From the NCBI RefSeq assembly GCF_000143415.4, contig NW_003314321.1, positions 1,182,422 through 1,246,421 on the forward strand: a stretch of 64,000 nucleotides of DNA, written 5' to 3'. This DNA comes from Selaginella moellendorffii. Lineage: Eukaryota > Plantae > Lycopodiophyta. Both the position numbers and the translations under genes were made by a program. Below, piece after piece: positions 23,703 to 33,761 of the stretch (within the stretch, counting starts at the first letter, position 1; every line of letters starts with the position of its first letter). Under the pieces are notes generated by a model that did no database searches, had not been told where the DNA came from, and was given only the letters and a program-made list of their open reading frames with translations.

Positions 23703-25540
23703 CATCTACAATATTAGCGAATGGTGCTCCCGATGGTCGTTCAGAGGGTTTTGGTCGAGGAAACGTGAAGGGCGGAAATACTCTCCTCTACAATGTGGGG
23801 TCAATCGCATCCGATGGCGTGTGGGCACATGCCATTTCAGCTATAGACTCTGGTACAACTGGCTCAACAATGGCATGGGGTGGTTCCGATGGCGTGTGAT
23901 CACACGCCATTTCAGCTGGTGCCTCCGTTGGCAAAGTGGACATAACCGAACAGGCAGCAGGGGCGGTGTAGGGAGGTTCCAACGGCGCGTAGTCAGACGA
24001 TTGGGCACACGTTGAGTCCGTTGGAAATGAGGATACGACCGGCTCGGCGGCTGGGGCGGCCTCATGCGGGTCCAATGGCGCCTGGTCACCGTCAGTTGGA
24101 TACGTGGACAAGATTGACTCAGTGGTATGGGCAGCATCAAGTGGAGCGTGGTCAGCTTGCTTGGCGTTGATATGGATAGTAGCCTCCACTAGCTCTGATG
24201 ACTCTTGCAGGCAAGTAGAGTCTACTGGCGGATCCATATGCATGTCCAAATATCTCCCTTCGATTGAGATGGTATCCTCCCTACTGGCTACTAAAAACAA
24301 ACTCATTAGCACATTGAATCGACTATACTGTATTTACCATCAACTGCTATTGGGCGCACTGTTGATTCTGAAGGATTGGACATACGTTTCGACCCTTGCT
24401 TGGCACTATCCTTCCTCGACACTAAAGGCTAGAGTTTGTATCTTAATTCAACTGAATAATCTCTACTTACCATTTCTTCTGCGACCTACATGGACAATGT
24501 TAGAAATGGTAAAAGGTTAGGAATGGATGTACTATTATTTACCTGATGGTTTGTCTTGTATGACCTTCCTCCGCTGCTCTTTGGCCACCTCAGGCTGGCC
24601 ATCGTCGTCATCATCGTCATCGTCGTTATTGTGATCGTCACCATTGTGAGGACCATCCAAGTCCTCTTCGTCCTCCTCTTCTTCGTCCTCCTCTTCTTTG
24701 TCCTCCTCTTCGTCCTTCTGCTCTTCCTGCTCATTATCTTTCTCTGGCTCCTCATCCCCCTCCTGCATTTCTTCCATAGGTTGCTTAGGCTGGATGGCTT
24801 GTTTTTCTAGGACCATCTTGGGAAAATCATCTGGCCGAGTCTCCATCTCAAAATACAAGACATCCATAGCCTGTTTCAGTGCTTGACCTAGGACCGTATC
24901 CTCACCCAACTGTCTTAACATGGTTTCTGCATGTTCTTGCACCCTTCGAAGATGACGAGATGAGAAAAACGTGGCCCTGACTTGAAAAGCATCCCTCATC
25001 CATTGTACCTCTCCATTGAGATTGGGGAAGGGGAGTCCGCCATAGGAATCTGAGTCAGGAGGTGGTGACTGGCTCCTTTCACTCAGCCCTTGATCTGCAA
25101 TGAATGGCATGAGCACACACGCCATAACCGCGAGGCATTACCTATCATCTTTTCGTTGCCCTTTTTCCTTTTCGAATCAAACGCCTCTGATCCCGATGAC
25201 TGTCCAACGTGCTTTCGCTTTTTATGACCACTGTCAGTTTGAGCTTGACTGGTGCTTGCCTGTTTTGCCTTTGAAGAAGTGTCTCTTGCAAGGAATGGCA
25301 TGAGACCACACGCCATTGCAAATATAATTTGTACCTCCTTTTTTCCTATTGCTTGTCTGTTTGTCCTTCTTCGACGCGCCACCAGTGCGCTTTTCAGTCC
25401 TCGTGTCTGAATATTCACAACGATCTATAATCAAAATGGCGTGAGGCCTCACGTGACCTTACCTTGTGCAGGTTGTGAGCTCGGCCTAACATCAGTAGTT
25501 GTTAACGCCGTTTCAGCATCTGGGGGTGGCCACGCTCCTG
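23703..25540 (-). pseudogene. Middle exons of the transposon's long gene (acidic tract, Pro/Ala-rich repeats)
   Basis: ORFs 23788-24312 and 24535-25125, with a D/E tract at ~24600-24760 and a 75-bp internal repeat. Several short intron-like gaps. In-frame TAG at 23788. Confidence 0.55.
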
Positions 25541-25570
25541 CATACAGAGCTTGTGAGATAACATTTAAAC

Positions 25571-28130
25571 TTAAAGTGTGTATTCACCAGGTTCGCAGAG
25601 AAGATACTGTTTTTCTTTGGCAACTGTAATTATATGCTCCATTGAAGTCACCTCTTCAATGGAGTTTGTCACCGCAACACACAGGACACCCTTGAGTAGT
25701 GCGGCTCGAAAGAATAGTCCGCTGCAATTGTACTCGACAACGCATTTGCCCTTGGTGTCACCCGCTATTGCGTTAAAGACCCAGCTGAGCATTTCCCATG
25801 CTGCACCTGGAGCTTTCTTTGGATTCGAAAGCTCCATAGCCGTCTTCAGTTCCTCAGGCACGGGTAAATTGACCTCCCTCAGATCAATTCGATCGGCCTT
25901 GCCGAACGAAGCTGGGAAGTCACTCCAGTCCCACTCTGCTGTAGGACCAATAACAAGGGCGAGTGTGAAGATGCGGACATTCGTCGGTATCTTCTTCTTA
26001 GCCATTATCCCATGTATCTCCCGCATCTCCTTGCCTTTCAACCGAGCCTTCACCTCGTTCAAGGCCTTCCAGAACTTGTAATAGGATTCGGAGTCGTAGA
26101 TCATATAGTGGACTGAAGATTCCACCTCCGCAAGTCCCACCATTAAGTCAATGATGGAGCTGACTTCGTCTGCATGAGTGATCTCTTCGTTTGTGAAGTC
26201 CATCACACAAAAGATGTTCTTGACCTGCTCATCTCCGCGGGAAACGATGCTCCTCCGCCTTTGATCCTCATCCGAATTCACGTATACCCGGTAAGGTTCT
26301 CGATAGGCCTCTGCTGCGGGGTCGAGCTGTTTCTGAAGCCGGCGGTCGACATCCCTCTTAATGAAATTTGGATACTGATCCAACTTCTCAGTTTTACTTT
26401 TCGTGGCATCCCGCAGCAGATCGATGAACTTGGGGGCCCCCTTCACGTACTCGTCGATGTCTTCATTTGACAAGTCCAGCTCTTCCATCATCTCTTGCGT
26501 GGCGTCGATGCTCACCCTCTCCACGGCCACTTGCTCGAAGATCCAATCCTTCAATAGCGCACGAGCTCTCAGAGTCGTGCACAAGTCCTCGTATGTCACA
26601 ATATGGCCGGGAGTCATTTTGGTCTTGTTGAAGACTACCTCACCACGTAGAAGAGCATTAGCCACTGTCAGAAGGTCGTCGTCGTCTAGAGACCGCGAGA
26701 AACGCAAGGCGTTGAGCTTCAAATCATTGGGCTTCCGGCCGTCCTCCACACCCATTGAGTTTAGCAACTCCCCGTCATGGTACCTCCTCAGCACATCTAC
26801 CCATTTATCAAAAACAACTTTTGTCGCGAGTAGAATGTTATGGATGCTGAGTGTGTCATTGACCCCCAGTGTTTTCGAGAGAAGACTCGAGAATTCCTGC
26901 AATGGAAATGGCGTGAGGCCACATGCTATGCCACATGCAACGAGGCTTACCTGCTAGGCGCTAGTTGCTAGTGCACGTCCTTGTCTTTGTTTTTGTGGCT
27001 TCTTCAGTTGAACTCAGAGCTTCCGTGTTCGTGCCAATGTCTCGTGCAGACCCGATTTGTAGCACGTTTCTTGCTTGACATTCTGCGCGTGGGAGATGGA
27101 TATGATAGATCGGAGGGGCGAGTTGCCTTTTATTAGGCGGACAACTCTTGTCTTGAAGACTTTCTTTACCTCCTCGCCCACCATAATATCCAGAACTATC
27201 TCTTGCATCGCCAAGCTAGAATGCTGCCCGGAGACGGCATAGATCCGGATGTTCTGATCGTCCAACACCTTCCTATTGATCAAGTTTGGAAACCTCGTCT
27301 CGCCCTTCATTGTTTGGTAGTAGGGGATCACGTCTGCGATGTCGGGTGTTACTGGACTTGCCAGCATCTTCTGCTTCAATTTCTCCACCCACTCATCAGA
27401 TACTAGCTTGTGGTTGTATTTGCTTTGGATGTCGATACGGCTCACGTCGATTGTATATACTTTGTTGGAATAGTAACAAGTACTATTATCTGCGACGATT
27501 TTTGCTGCCTCTTCTTGCTCTTTCTGCTCTTTGCGGCTCTTCTTTTTGGTGGGTGTAGTGTTCGAACCCAAGGCAATGGCATCACCGAGTAGCTTCTTTT
27601 TTGGAGCAGCAGAGTCGGACGTCGGCTTGAGCTTGACCACCCTTTTCTACTTCGGGGTAGTTTCCAGATCGACCCCCTTCCCCTTCGCTTCGCGAACTGG
27701 AAGCACTCTCAACGGCTCAATGTTGGAATATAGTTTTTGAACATCGCCGTAGGTGAGGTCTGTGGATTCCATGTGATCTTCATAGACCCGCAGCGTCTTT
27801 GAAATTGTGGGCCTCCTGGACAACCTCTCCCTAGCTCCCTCTAGGAATTCCTCATAGCCGCTGCCCCCCTCCGGGAAGCCGCTAGGATGTGCAAGGTGGA
27901 TCTTGAAGGCGGACGCTGTCTCTACCACAAGTGCCAATCCATATTCTTGCATGGAACTGCATGGAGTGTCTGTCACTTGGATGAGGATCCCCATGCATTA
28001 TTTTCTCCCACCATCTGTGTTGTACAGCATCAGATCCTTGCCTTCCATCCCGAAAGTCTAACTGGTGAGCTCCTCCCCCTTCTCTGCATCCACATTGACA
28101 GTGGCTGGAAGAAGAACGTAATTCCTCGCC
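25571..28130 (-). pseudogene. N-terminal part of the transposon's long gene: ParB/Sulfiredoxin-like domain followed by a possible degenerate DNA amino-methyltransferase-like region
   Basis: ORFs 27647-27994 and 27014-27640 share a frame, broken by single stops. A 54-nt GTAAG..CAG intron (26950-26897) joins in frame to ORF 25571-26902. IDVSRIDI...WVEKLKQKM...IYAVSGQHSSLA is ParB-like. The C-terminal KCVVEYNCSGLFFRAALLKG resembles the FxGxG region of beta-class MTases. Confidence 0.55.
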
Positions 28131-28686
28131 TGTTCAGAAATGCACAACAATTAGAGCTGACAGATGAAAAGCTAGCAGCTAGAAATAACGTGAGGCCACA
28201 CACCATTCACCACTGCATCAGATGTCTTGAGGCTGCATCCTAAGATGGCGTGAGGCTACACGCCATCTGTAACCGGACTGCTTATGGAACGTCTTTCAAG
28301 TTGTTCTCTTTAATTACTAACAAAAGCTTTTAAGGTTACCAAACGGTATTACTTAAAAAACAAGCAAGTATATTTCTACTCCAAATATTCTAAGGCCCTT
28401 AGCCGATTGAGAAAAGAGGTGCACTCTTATTCATGGGCCTTTTCTTTCTAAAAAATATATACAGTTGCAGCAAGGCAAAAGGAATATAGCAACAGGCTAG
28501 CAGGGGCCAAAGATAGCGTGAGGCCTCATGCCAATTTTGTGAATGCAAAATTTCACGTGGGTGTCAATAGCATGTTTGAATAATGGCATGTGGCCTCATG
28601 CTATTGAGGTTGTTTAGTATGTTATGATTTAGGCCATTCTCCAATCATTTTTTGTATGGTCTTAACTTCTTTTCTGCACTTTCAGA

Positions 28687-29466
28687 ATGGCCTTCAGGGT
28701 TGGGGAAAAGGTTTACATTTTGAATGGTGGGAAGAGAGTTGCAAAAGGGACCCTTGTGTCTATGGATCGGAACTTTGTTATACACTGTCAAAGGCTTGGG
28801 GAAGGCAATGCTGCTGTATCAGTAGAGACTGTCTTCGATGGGAATGTGGTTGCTATTGAACAAGGAGAGATGGTCGTCGGGGTAAATGTTGTTGTTGCCT
28901 TGAAAAATCTTTAGAAGAAAGCAGATGTTGGGGACAGCGCAAGTGCGACGCATGTTCCCTCCGTGGATCTTAAGAACCGTGCTACATGGATTTAGGCGAA
29001 GGTGTTTCTAAACAACCTCGAGGGGGAGGTGGTAGCTGAGGGCTTAGCCACAGTTGTCGATCCAAGAGATGCGGTTGCTAATCAAGAATTGGGCTGGGAT
29101 GATATTGGAGTTGCGATTTTAGAGGTTGTTGACACAGAAGAAAACAGTCTGACTATTGGAAGCATTGTGCGGTGGAAATTGAGGCACTTAGTGTTTGAGA
29201 ATGTGAAGGATTCACAATCAAACACCACTACAACTGATGACAGAACATCTCTTCATGGGAAAAGAAAGTACACCTTCCTAAAGCGCAGCCAAAGGGATCT
29301 GAGCAACGAACCGAAAAGGCAGAAAATGGCGATGAAGGTTCGAATGGTCTCGACAGTTGCTTGTTGCAAGAGGAGGTGCTGTCAACATGCTGATTGGGAT
29401 GCTATTGAAGAGGAGAGAGCAAGATACAAGACATTGTCCTGGAAGGCAGCTTACAATCATATGTGA
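28687..29466 (+). pseudogene. Truncated transposase-associated gene: two Tnp1/En/Spm-like (DUF8039-type) beta domains followed by a CCxxxCC motif
   Basis: VAKGTLVSMD...RLGEGNAAVSV and VAEGLATVVDP...LGWDDIGVAI...IGSIVRW are two copies of one domain. CCKRRCC...IEEERARY follows. In-frame stops, and no DDE core is visible. Confidence 0.55.
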
Positions 29467-31000
29467 CATATGCATTTACCAATCACACGTGCATAAATCT
29501 AATAATATGGCGTGTGGCCCATATTAATGGCACATAAACCCATATTGTGGGCTTACGTGCTTTATGTACCATCATTCCCTTGCAGCGTGTGTGTTGGTTT
29601 CCTTTTATAACACAACGAACTCCATATTTTAGGGTGAAGAGCGTTCTCATGGCAAGCACAAAATCCGTAAGTGAGGCAGAAAAGGAGACGGAGAAGGAGA
29701 TAGGTGAAGATGTAGAATATATAAGTCTTCCAAACTCCCCGTACTATACTCCAGGTGATCATTTTTCTGAACAAACGGCAACATTAACAACTATCGAGAA
29801 CGCCCCAGTAACGTCAGAGACAACAATCCAAAGCAAAACAACTGACCCGGAGAAGGATGATAGTACCGCTGAGAGTACCAAAAAGGAGGTGTCCACTAGC
29901 GCTTAGGCTTATAATGGCGTGTGCCCTCATGCCATTTACTTGATCACCAAATACTTTTTTCCCTTTGCACTAGTATATCTTAATACCGGTCTGAGAAATA
30001 GAATGGCATGTGCCCTCAGGCCTTTTACTAAATCACCTTTGAAAGAAATGCAAGCCTCTATGTCGTAAAAAAAGGTACTAGAGAAATTCCTTAATAATAT
30101 GAATGTTATTTAGTTTCATGAAAATACACTAAGGGTCAAATGAGTTAAATGACTTCTCCAGACTAGCAATGCCTCTTGCTACACCTTCACAATTAGATTC
30201 GTTAGAAAAAGATAACATTGAATAATATCTAAATGTTCTCACCATTAAGTTATATGTCTGGCTAATAGGAATGACGTTCATCTTGGAAAGCTCACCACAC
30301 GCTCAATGAACAAATAAATAGTGTGTGCACGCATGCCATCGCTCTTCTTTAGCTTCAGATTCGGCTTGTTCACCTTGACAATGAGATTTATTATACAACC
30401 AGATGGACACAGTCTGGACATAAAGTCACCGCGCTAGTCACCATGCCCCAGATATGTCTAGCCCCTAGACAAAAAACATATAATTTCACGTCATTTTCAA
30501 ATACTTGAAAATTTGTACCTAGTCCCATTTTACTGAATAAATCCCACTTTAACGAAATAGAGCTTCACATAAATTATTTTATCTTCTTGGAGAGGATTTG
30601 TAACAAGGTATGATTTATTGCTCATGTTTATAATATGCAATTAAAAGTCCCTACCTTGATGCATATTGGAAGTGATAGTCTTACAAATGGTGAGTCATAG
30701 GATGGATAGTGGTGAAACGTTAAACTATTTTGTCTAAGCTTGTTATTGAAGACTTGGGTTGCAATGTTCAATTCTTTGACTATTTATTCAACTATTGTTC
30801 TTTGAGTAGCTTGATGTTGGATTAGTTTTGAGTTTGGTTGGATAGAGATTGGTATAAACTTGTCTGTGTTGTGAACAAAAGTTAGTGGTATTAGGTGTTG
30901 TTAATATCTATCCGTGGGGTGTAACATTTATCTTGCATTTTATCGAATCGAGTTAGCACTTGATACTCATGTAAATCTTTGTAGTAATGACATGGGCATT

Positions 31001-31351
31001 TGTAACACACGTGGTTTTTACCCTTTATCCTATGGTGTTTTACCATAGGATAACACTATGAAGTGGAACCTAAAGCCTCCATGTGCCACATGTCACATGC
31101 CACGTGTCCATAGGGCAGTGGTGTGGAACCTGAGGTTCAGGGCCTTGGGCCACTGAACGAAGGAACGGTGCCAAACTCCTAAGCATGGAGTCAAGGAGTG
31201 ACGAAACCGGACCACAGAGCAACTCCCGAGCATACAACCCAAGGAGCGAAGGGATAGGAGCCCAGAGTGACTTGGAACAGTCTTAGAGCAACGAGCATCC
31301 CATTGCCAAGACCAGCACACAAAACGGAGCCAAATGGAGTCTGGCGCTATT
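31001..31351 (-). mobile_element. Partial LTR (family of 21197-21749 and 56906-57337), interrupted at 31351
   Basis: Colinear with 56906-57258. Breaks at ggcgctatt|tgtcaag. Confidence 0.8.
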
Positions 31352-33004
31352 TGTCAAGACCCCCAACAAGATCAAGACTGGAACATGCAGAAGACAGAGA
31401 GAAAAGCTAGTGGAAATGAAGAAAAAACCTTAGACTGGCGTTGATTCAGATTGTGGAGAAATGGAACAAAGCTAACTATATATACTATAGGTTGATGAAG
31501 CTCCACCACTCTTGGATCGAGGACGGCCTAAATATAGCTAAGGTCGAGGAGGCGCCATATCATCACCAGGAATGTGGCTCGAGACTCAGGAATCGTATGG
31601 GAAATCAGAGAGTCAAGAATAGAGAAGTGTCTCGAGAGTTAGGAATGTGGTTTGCAGGTCAAGAATCCGGCGAGAGTCAGGAATGTGGCAAGAATTAAGG
31701 GATTCCTAACAGCACCCCCTCCTCAAGAATGAGTGGAATGAGGACGTGAATGAGAATGAAGAGGAGGATGACATGGGTGGCGAGAGACGGGAGATGGAAA
31801 AAAAGAAGGAAGACTGGGATGAGAAGGATAACGGTGGTGGAAGTCTTGAACAAGGTCAGGAGAATGAATCAGGTTGTTTGTAGGTTCCCAAGTGCGTTCT
31901 TCAAGTCCATAACCCTTCCAGTCAACTAAATAGTAGAGTTTAGACCGTGAGATCTTGGAATCAAGGATGTCCTAAACCTTGTACTCAGACCCATCCTTGA
32001 GCTGCACTGGTGGAGGCGAAGGAATGACCCGATTTGGAATAAGACTGGGAATATAAAGCTCAAGGAGAGAGGAGTGAAAAACGAGGTGAATTTGATATGA
32101 GGAGGGAAGTGCAAGGTGATAAGTGATAGGATTAATGATGGCAATGATAAGGAAAGGACTGAGGCGTTTGAAATCGAGTTTGGGACATGGCCTAGTGGTG
32201 GAGATATTTCTGTAAGCCACAATTTTTCCTTTCCAATTTGCCAGCTTACCTCGTCTATCCGTCCAACACTGCCTTGGCTTTTGCTAAGTTCCCTTGCCAA
32301 GGTTCTCGCCTATGGTACCAGCCCCTACTTGGTTTCAGCTACTCACTGCACGAGCAACGGAGTGTTAGCCATCCTTCCACGGATTCCCAAATCACTCCCA
32401 ATCCCCCTCCCCGGGTTAGACTGGACTTAAGGTTCGGCTACACTCCCCGCAAGCACAAGCAGCCAAGCACACCAAGCTTCCAGATTCCTAACATCCCTTG
32501 GTACCACAAGACTTGATCATGGGACCCTCTAAATCCCAAGTCTTGAGTGCAACACTTGCTTCGGGACGCCGGGGCGAAACACCGTGGCCTAACGGCCCGG
32601 TATGGGTACCCCTCGCCCCCCACATCCATCCCGAAGGAAGGCCCAAGCCCCTAGGAAGGGCGAGGACCAATGAGCCGCATGGTACTCAAGTGGGGCACCA
32701 CTCCACATGAGCCGGGAGCACCGCAATCGGTTTCCCTTTCGGGAGTGGGAGCTGCTCTTGAGCACTTCCTTGGATGGCCCCTCCGGCACCAGCCAAGTCC
32801 ATGCTCACTCCCACCCAAGGCCCCTTAGTCCCAGTCCCAACCTCAAGTCGGTTTGGAAGCCCAACTGGAGAGTCCCTTCAAAACTGGTTCCTGGACCTCA
32901 CTATCCCTACTATACTTTTGGAACCCCCTGCAGCCCCCCCCCCCTGGGGGACGCACGCTTTGGGCTTTCACCCCTTGACCCGTATTAGTATTTGGACTTA
33001 GTCT

Positions 33005-33262
33005 CTGGCTCGATCTCGGATCCGATTTCGGATCCGACTTCGGATTCGGTCTCGGACTCGATCGCGGACTCGATCTCGGACCCGATCTCGGGCCCGACCT
33101 CGGACTCGACTTCGGACTCGGTCTCGGACCCGATTTCGGATCTCGGACTCCGTCTCGAACTCGGTCTCGAACTCGGACTCGAACTCGGTCCCCGAGTCGG
33201 TCTTGGACTCGATTCCGGACTCTATCTCGAACTCGGTCCTAGAGTCGGTCTTGGACTCGATC
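33005..33262. repeat. Degenerate hexamer array (CTCGGA/CTCGAT)n in the LTR; also at 39386-39643
   Basis: Directly visible in both LTRs. Confidence 0.93.
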
Positions 33263-33489
33263 TTTGACTTGGTCCCATCCGATGAACTCTTTGTCATTTT
33301 GGTCATGCTTTCGGGGTTCCCTTAGCCTACGACACCTCGGCGAGTTGGTTCCTTACAACTCCACCACCCATAGAAGAAGTTCGATGCCCACATCGAACGT
33401 CTCTTTTTTATCCTACGACTTGTTGACCATGTCTCCGGGGGCATCCCCCCACTTAGCGGTGTGCCTAAGTTAGCCTCCCCGGCCAAGAG

Positions 33490-33700
33490 CTCATGACAAC
33501 GGAATATAGGTGTCCCTATACTCCACCCCTCACCACGCCCTAGTATGGGGTCGGGACTTGAACCCAGCCTTGCTTTACTAGGGGGTTGGGACTCGAACCC
33601 AACCTCCGTAGAATACGTCTACGGTTTCGACATCCCCGCAGGGAGTCGGGCGTAGCTCCCTACGCCTGGTCGACCTAGCTAACCCATGCTAATTAGCTCA
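33490..33700 (-). ncRNA. Multi-hairpin structured 3' UTR element with two tRNA T-loop (box B-like) hairpins
   Basis: On the minus strand, in order: ggcgtag/ctacgcc, cgactccc/gggatgtcg, ccgtaga/tctacgg, ggttggg-TTCGAGT-cccaacc, ccctagta...tactaggg enclosing ggg-TTCAAGT-ccc, then ggagtatagg-GACA-cctatattcc. Confidence 0.72.
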
Positions 33701-33761
33701 CCTTTGGCGCGCCTTCGGGTCCCAACATATGCCACTTGCTCAACTTTGCAAATTGATATTT

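Larger units (their letters stand above)
22351..30565. mobile_element. 8.2-kb DNA transposon with 24-bp TIRs and a 4-bp TSD (CACA); superfamily uncertain, Sola-like candidate
   Basis: AAGCTCTATTTCGTTAAAGTGGGA at 22351-22374 has a perfect reverse complement at 30542-30565. CACA lies at 22347-22350 and 30566-30569. Confidence 0.85.

Noticed and set aside
22737-30339. CRISPR array from the recurring palindrome
   Set aside because: Spacing is irregular (60 bp to over 1 kb), there are no cas genes, and the context is eukaryotic.
33550-33610. Genuine tRNA gene
   Set aside because: T-loop/box B motifs are present, but there is no canonical acceptor stem, D-arm or anticodon arm at tRNA spacing.
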